From assembly GCF_001194135.2 (NCBI RefSeq), contig NC_068985.1:101624180-101663627 (forward strand): a stretch of DNA of 39,448 bases, in the 5' to 3' direction. The stretch comes from Octopus bimaculoides (Eukaryota). Under the pieces are notes generated by a model. It was given only the letters and a program-made list of their open reading frames with translations, searched no databases and had not been told where the DNA came from. The position numbers and the translations under genes were made by a program. This document shows positions 22,871-34,297 of the stretch, in pieces. Every line of letters begins with the position of its first letter. The first letter of the stretch is position 1.

Positions 22871-23105
22871 AAAGCGGTGATGTGACAGAATCGTTAGTAC
22901 GCCGGGAAAAAATAATTAACAGCATTTCGCCCGTCGCTGCGTTCAGAATTCAACTTCCGCCGAGGTCAATTCGCATTTCATCCGTTCAGGGTTGTTGAAT
23001 TAGGTACCAGTCGAGCACTGAGGTGGATGCAATCGACTAGGCTCTTCCCACAAATTTTCAGGCCTTGTGCCTTTAGTAGAAACGATTATTATTATTATTA
23101 ATATT
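22870..23105 (+). mobile_element. SINE family A, full length with (ATT)n tail
   Basis: cagaatcgttagtacgccggg...ttccgccgaggtc...ggtaccagtcgagcactg...gatgcaatcgact...ggccttgtgcctttagtagaaacgattattatt. Confidence 0.9.
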
Positions 23106-23114
23106 AATATCATG

Positions 23115-23545
23115 ATTTAAGACGTCGCACAGCAGGGTCAGTTTTGGATAGCCACTGACTATGTATGTGGATGAGAAACCTGGGCCTCTTTGAAACATAG
23201 GTAATTAAAAAGACCAAGAAACAGTGACTTATAATAGCATCTCAAGATCAATCATTAAAAACAAGCAACTAGAGAAAATATGTATATGAGGAGAAGGTGG
23301 CAGCAACATGTAGAGAGCGTGGTATCTAGAATGAATTAATGACACATTGTTGCAGAATGTTCCAAATTGGCCCTGGGAGAATATTAGAAATGGAGGTATG
23401 ACCAAGATTTACACTGGAGGCTTTGTCAGAAATGGGGATTTGAAGCTGGAGGTAAGCAATATGATCATCAGGTTGAAAGTGTGCTGGCATCGAATGAAAT
23501 GCAAAATTTTATGAGATTTTCCTATTCAACTGGATAAGAAGCTAA
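23115..23545 (+). mobile_element. R4/Dong-clade LINE fragment (HGQF motif to start of RLE), inverted relative to its neighbour
   Basis: QQGQFWIAT..ETWASLK / LIIASQDQSLKTSN*RKYVYEEKVAATCRE / HIVAECSKLA..YDQDLHWRLCQKWGFEAG / CKIL*DFPIQLDKKL; same subfamily as 6185-7050. Confidence 0.88.
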
Positions 23546-24240
23546 ATATGTTTTACATGATTTCTTTGGATATCTTTCTTATCCTTTCCTCCAAATCCAC
23601 ATTTCATTACCTCTTCTTTATTCACTATTTTTAGTAATTTCTCTGTGCTGATCTATAAATGTTCTTCTACGATTTTTATTTACGTCAGTATACACTTTTC
23701 CAGAGTATTGTAACCTCTTACGCTCTGATCTCTGTTCATGTACAACGGGTAGATATCACATTTCGAGTGAAATGTTTCATATATTGTTAACAGCTTTATA
23801 ATTCTTTTTTTTTCTGTTAAGTTTCTGTATGTTGCTTTTGTTCCAATCTACAATTCCAATTCCGTATCTGATTACCAGTACTGCTCTTGCATTTATTGCT
23901 TCAACATTTTTTGAATTCATGTTAATGATATTCTCTTACACTCTTTGTATACACCTGTTATGTCTCATGCTACTGCTATCTAGCACCTCCGGATGATCTC
24001 TACTCAATCGCGACACGACGGCTACTCAACAGGTACTCAACTCTCTACCACGGTCAGACTACCTCTATTTATATGCCTTGGGCGACCCTACTTCTTCACC
24101 TGGGGGCGTCGACACAACAACTCCCTACTGATAATTTCATGTTTTATTTCATCTGCCTCCACTATCCCCAAATACCTACACAACTCTCCTTTCCAGCCAC
24201 TTTTATTGTTTACCCATTTGGCATTTCAATACGTAATGAC
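23546..24240 (-). mobile_element. R4/Dong-clade LINE fragment (end of RT domain + thumb), interrupted by a ~150-bp insert
   Basis: RYLGIVEADEIKHE, insert, then NSKNVEAINARAVLVIRYGIGIVDWNKSNIQKLNRK / KLLTIYETFHSKCDIYPLYMNRDQSVRG..LEKCI..DKKDIQRNHVK. Confidence 0.88.
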
Positions 24241-24966
24241 TTTTTTACACCAAATATAAACTAAATATAACTTTCAATTATAAATTTCTTATTTAAGATT
24301 AGATATAAACGGTCAATCAATTTTCCATTGCCAGCAGGCACTTGGATAATTTTAACGAAGTCAAGACTTTTGCAAGCATTCGGACCGTTTCTCCGTTTGA
24401 AGATAATGTTTACCATTTATAACTCTATTTTCATCCATAAATCCCACTGGGCATACAATGATATTATCTTTTACCCTTGTCGACGCCATGACAAACTATA
24501 TTTTCTAATGACTAGAAAGAAGAGAGCAGCGTAAATAAGCATTATGATGCTTGATTGGTGATAGAATATATCAATTATTGCGATGCTATATTATTTAGAA
24601 TGTTATTATTTAGATCCGGTGTTTGCCAATTTAGCGAACATAATTTCCCAGCTAAATAGGTTACTGAGGTATACAGATATAACACATAGATGCCAATACA
24701 ACTTATACAAAGTGTAGCTCTAAATCGAACCATATAAAACAACATCATAAAATTTAGTATTGAGGAAAGACACAATAGCAAGCGTGAACTTGAGATGATT
24801 CCGACCTAAAACCATTAAAAATCGATTACATCGCCTATCTATACTCTTCGGCAAAGGCAAGCACGTCTAATATTCAGCAGTCGCAGTTTTGTAAAACAAA
24901 AACTTAAGTACACATATTCTAATAAAAAAAGACACAAACTGACACACACGTAAACACACTTATATG

Positions 24967-25025
<59 letters not shown>

Positions 25026-25093
25026 GAATGAATAAATAGATAAATAGACAGAGAGAAAGAGAGATAGAGAAAAAGAGAGGGGGAGAGAGAGAG
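24967..25093. repeat. (GATA)n followed by a (GA)-rich tract
   Basis: Directly visible. Confidence 0.95.
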
Positions 25094-25855
25094 GGAAATC
25101 AATTTATTAAACGGAAAACACTGCATCATCTAAAGATAGTTGATCGTACTATTTCTCTTATTCTTCAAACAGTATTTCTCATTACCCAATCGAGTGTTGA
25201 TTAGCATTCATACTGTGAAGATTATTGACTTGCTTCTAAGCTAATACAGTAACACGCATTTTAAATCCGTAATCTGTGCAGCTACAAACACCCACACGCA
25301 CAAAAGCTACATGTTATTGTAACTGCTACATCCAAAGGAATAATTACTATGTGTTGCTCATTATTGAAGCATTCATTTGTTACTCTCTCCATCACTTGAT
25401 CTTTTTGAATACGTTAGCGTAATCCAAAATAAATGCCGTTCTGCGCCGCACACCATGTTACGAACCAATTAATAGTTGTTCCCTGTCCATTTCTAAACCC
25501 AATTTGGTAAACATGCTAACTCACAGCTGTTCACAGGATTGACAGCTATAATAATTTAAACAATGAGAAGTATTCAGAATTCAAACATTCTTTTCAACCT
25601 GTTCCTCTCTTTGTCTCCTGACCAAAATCATGGTTGTTTCTATTCTTCCGGTATGAAAAATAAGTGGCGAAATTTCTTCACCCATCAACATATGGATGTA
25701 ATTTCAATCCTACAACTTCGGTCGTTACTTTAAACAACCGCTTATGTATAGCAGCGCCATCTATGCAATTTATGATTAGACAATAAAGTAACTACATCGA
25801 TATTAAGATTTCATGATTTCATGTTACTAATAACGATATAATGACAATTATGTCC

Positions 25856-25894
<39 letters not shown>

Positions 25895-26765
25895 NNNNNN
25901 NNNNNNNNNNNNNNNNNNNNNNNNNNNNNNNNNNNNNNNNNNNNNNNNNNNNNNNNNNNNNNNNNNNNNNNNNNNNNNNNNNNNNNNNNNNNNNNNNNNN
26001 NNNNNNNNNNNNNNNNNNNNNNNNNNNNNNNNNNNNNNNNNNNNNNNNNNNNNNNNNNNNNNNNNNNNNNNNNNNNNNNNNNNNNNNNNNNNNNNNNNNN
26101 NNNNNNNNNNNNNNNNNNNNNNNNNNNNNNNNNNNNNNNNNNNNNNNNNNNNNNNNNNNNNNNNNNNNNNNNNNNNNNNNNNNNNNNNNNNNNNNNNNNN
26201 NNNNNNNNNNNNNNNNNNNNNNNNNNNNNNNNNNNNNNNNNNNNNNNNNNNNNNNNNNNNNNNNNNNNNNNNNNNNNNNNNNNNNNNNNNNNNNNNNNNN
26301 NNNNNNNNNNNNNNNNNNNNNNNNNNNNNNNNNNNNNNNNNNNNNNNNNNNNNNNNNNNNNNNNNNNNNNNNNNNNNNNNNNNNNNNNNNNNNNNNNNNN
26401 NNNNNNNNNNNNNNNNNNNNNNNNNNNNNNNNNNNNNNNNNNNNNNNNNNNNNNNNNNNNNNNNNNNNNNNNNNNNNNNNNNNNNNNNNNNNNNNNNNNN
26501 NNNNNNNNNNNNNNNNNNNNNNNNNNNNNNNNNNNNNNNNNNNNNNNNNNNNNNNNNNNNNNNNNNNNNNNNNNNNNNNNNNNNNNNNNNNNNNNNNNNN
26601 NNNNNNNNNNNNNNNNNNNNNNNNNNNNNNNNNNNNNNNNNNNNNNNNNNNNNNNNNNNNNNNNNNNNNNNNNNNNNNNNNNNNNNNNNNNNNNNNNNNN
26701 NNNNNNNNNNNNNNNNNNNNNNNNNNNNNNNNNNNNNNNNNNNNNNNNNNNNNNNNNNNNNNNNN
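25895..26765. other. Assembly gap flanked by (TA)n
   Basis: N run. Confidence 1.
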
Positions 26766-26784
26766 ATATATACATACATATATA

Positions 26785-26947
26785 TATACGACGGGCTTCT
26801 TTCAGTTTCCGTCTACGAAATCCACTCACAAGGCTTTGGTTGGCCCGAGGCTATAGCAAAAGACACTTGCCCAAGGTACCACGCAGTGGGACTGAACCCG
26901 GAACCATGTGGTTGGTAAGCAAGCTACTTACAACACGCCCACTCCTG
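26785..26947 (-). mobile_element. tRNA-derived SINE family B, 5' half, well preserved
   Basis: - strand: caggagtgggcgtgttgtaagtagcttgcttaccaaccacatggttccgggttcagtcccactgcgtggtaccttgggcaagtgtc; Pol III A-box-like region and B-box gggttcagtccc (26899-26888). Confidence 0.92.
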
Positions 26948-28692
26948 ATATATATATATATATATGGAGAGAGAGAGGTGGGGAGAGAGAGAGAGCTTGA
27001 ATGATGTCAACGGTTAATGAAGTATTGGAATGTTCAAAGTTGTTTGTTTAATTCTTATATATATCTTTATTCACCTGATAATTAATCTGACGCAAGAATG
27101 CAGATAAAATGAGAAGCATGCGAGCAGAACTCCTTCATATCAATAATTTTTAATTACTTATTTTAATTACATTCATAAATTATTGATATGTAAGCAACTG
27201 AATGTTTCATCTCCTTCTTCTCGCTAAAAGGAAATACATCGCCTGTGCATGTTTAATGTGGAAGTAATAATAGAAATCTATATAAACTAGAACGTCCAGG
27301 AGGCACGCAATTTCTTGAAAGGCAACACTATATGCTATGAACGAGAAATTCAACAAACGTGTTTAACTACCGTTTAAGCTTTTCGTTATTTCTTGATGAA
27401 TGACCAGAGGTAGAGACTGTAGTTTCCGTAATTCAGTATAATTCCGTAATTCAGTATGATGAGATGCAATTAAAAAGGATGGTACCGTGCTGTCTAGGAC
27501 ATGGAGCACAGAACTAATGATGATTATTTGATAAATGGCTTGTCAATTTACAATACTTCGTTAGCAATTCTCAAATCAGCATTGTGTTGTCTGTAAACAA
27601 ATAAATGACATATTTATAAAATCTTTAGAGAAATGTGCGTACAAAATGATCTTGCAATCCGTAAAGTTGTTCGTAATAAATATAGAGGAATTAAATTTTA
27701 TTCCGTTATGCAAGACCAAAGCTATAAACATGGTAAGAATACGCTAATCGAATGTACTGTCATAACTGTGAATTCGATTGAGTGTAACAGCAAAAGAGAG
27801 TCCGTGGGTGTATCTTGGTAACTACAGAATATGAACAAGAAAGTAAATCCAAAAATTATAACGAGTTGCATTTCAACAGAAACAATGAAACATATATCCG
27901 CAAATTTATGGAAGTATAATTAACATGTTGAAAGTAAACGATGCAGTTTTTGAATGGCACACAGGGAAAAGCAAGTGAAAGAAAACCATAATGATTACTA
28001 ACCCATACACATCTTATCTTTCACAATGAATCAAGAATATAAACAGTAATATTGCAAATACTTAATATTTTACAGTAAATTTACAATAATTCTGAAAGAA
28101 CAGGGGCCAGAAGATAAATAAGGTTATACAAAACATCTTAAAAATTACAGTTACGAAACAACAAAGCAATTGCAAAAGCAATAAACGAGAAAAAAAACTG
28201 CTGGGTAAAATGTTTTAAAGGGTTTTTATATGGATAAAATATCAGTGCCTCTGTGAATGTAGTACACGTTTACGGAATCGTAGTATATGACTCATACGAC
28301 AAAGCTTTATGTTTATCAGTAAGGGACAACCAATACGTTTTTAGCATTCGCAGTCATAACAGAGCAAAGCGTTAAACTAAATTATAGAAACATCATCAGT
28401 TTCTATTACAATGGGAATATTGCAGGTGTACTCCTCCTCACTGAAATATACTCTTCTAAGCATTACTACATTTATGCATTATCTCGGGATTTTGAACTGT
28501 TGGTTACGGAGCTAAAGTACTCAGAGTACAGCCACTTGGCACAGATTGACCTTCGACTCTGTTGCGCTAGCACCCTAAATTATAAGGTTTTCGTTCACGT
28601 CCGTCGTTTATGGTTGTACGTGGAAGTAGAGTGTAAGGCGTGGCTGTCTCACAACAGCAAAGTTTCCACTTGTGACTATGTCAGAGAAAATC

Positions 28693-28757
28693 AGTGTGTG
28701 TGCGTGTGTGTGCGCGCGTGCGCGTGCGCGTGCGTGCGTGCGTGTGTGCGTGTGTGA
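28693..28757. repeat. (GT)/(GC) alternating purine-pyrimidine tract
   Basis: gtgtgtgtgcgtgtgtgtgcgcgcgtgcgcgtgcgcgtgcgtgcgtgcgtgtgtgcgtgtgtg. Confidence 0.9.
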
Positions 28758-28784
28758 GTAAGTGAGTGAGGAGACACGGTTGAA

Positions 28785-29060
28785 GATTATTACAGCCAAG
28801 AATCTTGCTGAAAAATAAAATCCCTCTTGAAAGATACAGGTCTTCAAAACATCAAGGAAATCCAAGTGAATGCGAAGAGGCAGCTGCTTGCTATCCACAA
28901 AAAGGAGTCCAAGAAATACTTCCATCAATAGAAACTATGCTGGATGAAGTGTGTCGCTCGAGACGGAGCCTAATTCGAAGAACATAAAACGCCGAGTGAA
29001 TATATGTTGTTTTCTTTGTATAGCACTAGCTCAAGATACTTTTTAATAAGATCCCTTATA
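28785..29060 (+). mobile_element. mariner-type transposase C-terminus plus degenerate 3' TIR
   Basis: One frame: KIKSLLKDTGLQNIKEIQVNAKRQLLAIHKKESKKYFHQ*KLCWMKCVARDGA*FEEHK, matching mariner K.K..LKG.RF....EI...FQ.W..RW.KC....G.YFE. Confidence 0.82.
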
Positions 29061-29729
29061 TACGAATAGCAGTTATATTACTTAAAATTCATCATGTCCC
29101 GCATATGGATTTCCTCGACTTGTAAATTACATTTAACCAACTACATTAATGAATTGAAATATTTCATATACAGTGCACTGATTCTGTAAGGAGATTTACA
29201 TGACATTCCGTTGAGAAACTTGCTCCAATACAAAACAGAAGAGTTGACGTTTATTGAACACTGAAACAGAATATTTCATAGAAAAGAATTATTAAGAAAT
29301 TCCACAGGCATAAAATGAACACGCCAAAAATTAATGCCCAAATGTGAATAAAATGATAGTGGATATAAAATTGAAACCATTTAGATTTCCAACGAAAATT
29401 ACTTAAATCATAAAATAATTTATAAATGCTCTATCTGTTCCAGTAATACGTTATCGCCATAATATTCATTATGATAATCTGATAACATAATTATTAGGAA
29501 AATGAGGAAATAAATAACTGAATTCGGAATGCACCTGCCTGTTAAGGCCGAAATAAATAACATTTTACCCACAAAAACAAAACAAAAAGATTTTCGAAAC
29601 GGGAGTATATTATGTTGCAGCACTTTATATATACAGTGAGAGAGAAAGAGAGAGAGTATTACTCCATATTTAGAAATTGCTGGAAGGTATAGATTTTAAT
29701 TGAAAATTATGATATTATTTGTATTTAAT

Positions 29730-29915
29730 GTTGTTCGCTGGCAAAATCACCATTGCGCTGGGCAAAATGCTTAGCGCATTTTTTTCATCGCTAAGTTCTG
29801 AGTTCAAATTCCGCCGAGTTCGACTTGACTTTTTGACCTTGGTTGTCGTTAAAATAAGTAATCGACTTAACCCCATCCCCAAACTTACTGACTTTGTTTC
29901 AAGATTTCAGACCAA
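29730..29915 (+). mobile_element. SINE family A, internally shortened copy
   Basis: gggcaaaatgcttagc...gttctgagttcaaattccgccgagttcgactt...taatcgacttaacccc. Confidence 0.85.
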
Positions 29916-30119
29916 GTTGTATTATTTGCATTTAATCAATCATTACTAGAGATGAATTAAATATATATTCGTCTTGATAGTGTAATCAGCATGGAAAGGC
30001 TAGAATATCTACACAGTAATTCATGGGGTTACAATCGGCGGAATTAAAAGTCTAGAAATTGGAACTGGTGAAGACGTAGAATGTCTCCGTCAACAATGTT
30101 TAATTCTTTCCTGAAGTAT

Positions 30120-30400
30120 TCCAAGGATCTGTATCTTGCTGACACGCTTATGCCCTCCGAGCAGCAACACGCTTCAATCAGGGATTGACCACGGACTCCC
30201 GTAGCCTCCTCCGTCTTCCTTTTCTATTCGACTTTCGTCTGTTTGTTTAGAAGAGCTTTGCTCGAAACGTTCAACGATCTTTCTTTCCTTTCCTGAGCGT
30301 CTGCTAATACTTCACATCAACCACGTCGTCGCGTTGCTGTTTTTTTATTCGTGTTAGTTCTTCGTGTTTTGAGTTTTACTACAAATACACACGAACACAC
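30120..30400 (+). mobile_element. Possible Penelope-like non-autonomous repeat
   Basis: ctcctccgtctt...gaagagctttgctcgaaacgtt...ctgagcgtc...ccacgtcgtcgcgttg resembles a cephalopod repeat I recall; the GAAGAG..CTCGAAAC motif resembles Penelope pseudo-LTR motifs; no coding support. Confidence 0.4.
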
Positions 30401-30561
30401 ATATATTCCATTATATACGCGATGTAGGTCTTTCCTTAAAAGATTAGCACCGACAGTTTCCCGAGACCTTGTAATCTTTTTGTGTCATTTCTGAAAAATT
30501 CTCCATACATATCAGTGGCTCCAAGACAGATATCTGAAGCGCTCAGGTCTCTATTACAGCA

Positions 30562-30594
<33 letters not shown>

Positions 30595-31544
30595 NNNNNN
30601 NNNNNNNNNNNNNNNNNNNNNNNNNNNNNNNNNNNNNNNNNNNNNNNNNNNNNNNNNNNNNNNNNNNNNNNNNNNNNNNNNNNNNNNNNNNNNNNNNNNN
30701 NNNNNNNNNNNNNNNNNNNNNNNNNNNNNNNNNNNNNNNNNNNNNNNNNNNNNNNNNNNNNNNNNNNNNNNNNNNNNNNNNNNNNNNNNNNNNNNNNNNN
30801 NNNNNNNNNNNNNNNNNNNNNNNNNNNNNNNNNNNNNNNNNNNNNNNNNNNNNNNNNNNNNNNNNNNNNNNNNNNNNNNNNNNNNNNNNNNNNNNNNNNN
30901 NNNNNNNNNNNNNNNNNNNNNNNNNNNNNNNNNNNNNNNNNNNNNNNNNNNNNNNNNNNNNNNNNNNNNNNNNNNNNNNNNNNNNNNNNNNNNNNNNNNN
31001 NNNNNNNNNNNNNNNNNNNNNNNNNNNNNNNNNNNNNNNNNNNNNNNNNNNNNNNNNNNNNNNNNNNNNNNNNNNNNNNNNNNNNNNNNNNNNNNNNNNN
31101 NNNNNNNNNNNNNNNNNNNNNNNNNNNNNNNNNNNNNNNNNNNNNNNNNNNNNNNNNNNNNNNNNNNNNNNNNNNNNNNNNNNNNNNNNNNNNNNNNNNN
31201 NNNNNNNNNNNNNNNNNNNNNNNNNNNNNNNNNNNNNNNNNNNNNNNNNNNNNNNNNNNNNNNNNNNNNNNNNNNNNNNNNNNNNNNNNNNNNNNNNNNN
31301 NNNNNNNNNNNNNNNNNNNNNNNNNNNNNNNNNNNNNNNNNNNNNNNNNNNNNNNNNNNNNNNNNNNNNNNNNNNNNNNNNNNNNNNNNNNNNNNNNNNN
31401 NNNNNNNNNNNNNNNNNNNNNNNNNNNNNNNNNNNNNNNNNNNNNNNNNNNNNNNNNNNNNNNNNNNNNNNNNNNNNNNNNNNNNNNNNNNNNNNNNNNN
31501 NNNNNNNNNNNNNNNNNNNNNNNNNNNNNNNNNNNNNNNNNNNN
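30595..31544. other. Assembly gap flanked by (TA)n
   Basis: N run. Confidence 1.
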
Positions 31545-31576
<32 letters not shown>

Positions 31577-31949
31577 AGCATGTCTGTATACACGCACTCA
31601 CAGAGACGTTCACGTAAACACACACGGACACACTCAAACACACCCATACACACATGTGTGTATGTGTAATTATTTTTACATTTCTATTTTGCTATTTTTC
31701 TTAGTTGTATTTTTAACGTTTTCGTTTCACTATGTTTCGGCTTTTGTTAACACACTTGCATACAAGACTTGTCTAACGGAGTCTTGATTCATATTTAGAA
31801 TCTCTACCCTGAGGTTTCTATACGTTTGGCATATAGTAAGCAGAAACCATACTAATTATCCACATATTATACATACATACGATCGTACACACTTGCACAG
31901 ACATAGTACATACACAGACGCACGCACACACGCACACACATACACACGC

Positions 31950-32754
31950 NNNNNNNNNNNNNNNNNNNNNNNNNNNNNNNNNNNNNNNNNNNNNNNNNNN
32001 NNNNNNNNNNNNNNNNNNNNNNNNNNNNNNNNNNNNNNNNNNNNNNNNNNNNNNNNNNNNNNNNNNNNNNNNNNNNNNNNNNNNNNNNNNNNNNNNNNNN
32101 NNNNNNNNNNNNNNNNNNNNNNNNNNNNNNNNNNNNNNNNNNNNNNNNNNNNNNNNNNNNNNNNNNNNNNNNNNNNNNNNNNNNNNNNNNNNNNNNNNNN
32201 NNNNNNNNNNNNNNNNNNNNNNNNNNNNNNNNNNNNNNNNNNNNNNNNNNNNNNNNNNNNNNNNNNNNNNNNNNNNNNNNNNNNNNNNNNNNNNNNNNNN
32301 NNNNNNNNNNNNNNNNNNNNNNNNNNNNNNNNNNNNNNNNNNNNNNNNNNNNNNNNNNNNNNNNNNNNNNNNNNNNNNNNNNNNNNNNNNNNNNNNNNNN
32401 NNNNNNNNNNNNNNNNNNNNNNNNNNNNNNNNNNNNNNNNNNNNNNNNNNNNNNNNNNNNNNNNNNNNNNNNNNNNNNNNNNNNNNNNNNNNNNNNNNNN
32501 NNNNNNNNNNNNNNNNNNNNNNNNNNNNNNNNNNNNNNNNNNNNNNNNNNNNNNNNNNNNNNNNNNNNNNNNNNNNNNNNNNNNNNNNNNNNNNNNNNNN
32601 NNNNNNNNNNNNNNNNNNNNNNNNNNNNNNNNNNNNNNNNNNNNNNNNNNNNNNNNNNNNNNNNNNNNNNNNNNNNNNNNNNNNNNNNNNNNNNNNNNNN
32701 NNNNNNNNNNNNNNNNNNNNNNNNNNNNNNNNNNNNNNNNNNNNNNNNNNNNNN
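31950..32754. other. Assembly gap flanked by (CA)/(TA)
   Basis: N run. Confidence 1.
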
Positions 32755-33139
32755 TATATATAAATAAGGATACGATCGTTAATGTGGTTTTAGAGTGAAA
32801 GTTTGCATCATTTAACTTCGTTACAATGTCAGCAGTTCATATACTTATTGATCAGACCACACACACACACACATACACACACATATATATATGTACTAGT
32901 TGTGATGGGGAAATTGTCGCCATTGTATATTCATATTTTGCGCATGCACATTGTTTTTGATATTGTCGACTACAGAATGTTGAAGAGTCGTTTGGACACC
33001 TTTTGTGAGAAACACTGCACCATGACGCAATTTACTCTGCCAGCAATTTGTAAACGAAATGCTGGAATTCTTGGCATTCATGCCGGTGCGAACAGATGAT
33101 GAAGACACAGTACATTTGTTTCCTTGCTGTATCCCCAAA

Positions 33140-33700
33140 ATATTTACCGAGAGTGATAACGACGTTATGCCTCCATCAAATTTTCCATACTGCCTCAGAC
33201 TCACCACGGAAGCCTCCATCAAGTCCCTGGAGGAGGTAGTGCTGCCCTGGGTCAAGAGGGTGGCTACTGGAAGACCATATCTCTGGAAACAGGACTCTGA
33301 ACAATGCCATGCAAAAACTTCCATGAACACAGTCATGGCTGGGAGACTATTTCTGCGACCGCATAACCCCTAATATCTAGCCACCCAATCCTCAGTCTGC
33401 CATCCACTTCCTTGTTATGTGTGGGGCACAGTTGAGCATGAAACCCAGAAAACTACTTGTAACATCAAAGATGAACTAAAGGCAAGTATTATGGCAGCAA
33501 TCACCAAGTTAAACAAGAACACCCTGCAAAAGAATTGAAGGTGTTTCCGAAGTCATCTGGCGGTTGCGGTTGAAAGTAATGACGATTTTATTGCAAGATA
33601 TTTTCATGTAATTTTGGTTAAACATATATGTTAAAATGAGATGTCAGTGTTGGTTTCACTTTTTGCGAAATTTAGACAATAGTCTATGCTATAAATATGC
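33140..33700 (+). mobile_element. Tc1/mariner superfamily, maT (DD37D)-like transposase 3' half, decayed
   Basis: SDNDVMPPSNFPYCLRLTTEASIKSLEEVVLPWVKRVATGRPYLWKQDSEQCH / SWLGDYFCDRITPNI*PPN / YVWGTVEHETQKTTCNIKDELKASIMAAITKLNK..FRSHLAVAVESNDDFI. The third catalytic D region is degenerate, so DD37D is assigned by motif resemblance. Confidence 0.88.
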
Positions 33701-34297
33701 ATATACACAATAATTGGCTATACCCAAGATAAACGTGGTTTAGTAATCATAAATCGTGTTTAAATTGATGCTAACTCAATCGCCAACGTCTCCGTCCATG
33801 ATTAGAACCTCAACCTTTTTAAAAACATAAATTATCCCGCTGTTATGGATTTTTGATAACATTACTTATTCAGTGATTTTGGCGGTAAAAAGGCTGATAA
33901 CGGCAAGGAGGTGGAAGCTTGGATTTAGAGCGAATAAAATATACGCATGAAATAATAAGGAAAACAAGAAGTATTAGGTAGAGTCTTATCTTGACGGCTG
34001 TTTCGAGGACATTATAACTTACGTAGTTACTACATTTATAAGTAATATGGGTATGATGCCATTGGTGTAAGTAACACTATAAGTAGCAATAAAATCGTTA
34101 AGTTGGAAGACCTTTAGCAAAATGTAGTTTGTTTTTGTATTCCATGTAAATATCCTCTTGAACCTACTTGTGTTTATTTTCCTGTCTACACATACGCGCA
34201 CACAAAGACACACACATACACAGCACACATATGCATACATAGATACATATATACATACATGTATATATACATACATGTATATATACATACATATATA

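Noticed and set aside
23115-24240. Twin-priming 5' inversion
   Set aside because: Segment order is A-B-D'-C', not B'-A'-C-D
25750-25765. gcagcgccatctatg CTCF/YY1-like motif (also agatggcg at about 19222)
   Set aside because: Partial match lacking the CTCF GTGG end; too short to support
26850-26947. tRNA gene
   Set aside because: A/B-box-like motifs are present but continue into a SINE body; no cloverleaf with an acceptor stem
27424-27457. 18-bp-period tandem duplication (ttccgtaattcagtat x2)
   Set aside because: Ordinary slippage duplication with no further structure
31645-31664. Perfect 20-bp palindrome catacacacatgtgtgtatg (similar at about 11121 and 34828)
   Set aside because: Expected where CA and TG tracts abut
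32896-33336. 146-aa - strand ORF
   Set aside because: Largely the antisense shadow of the maT-like transposase
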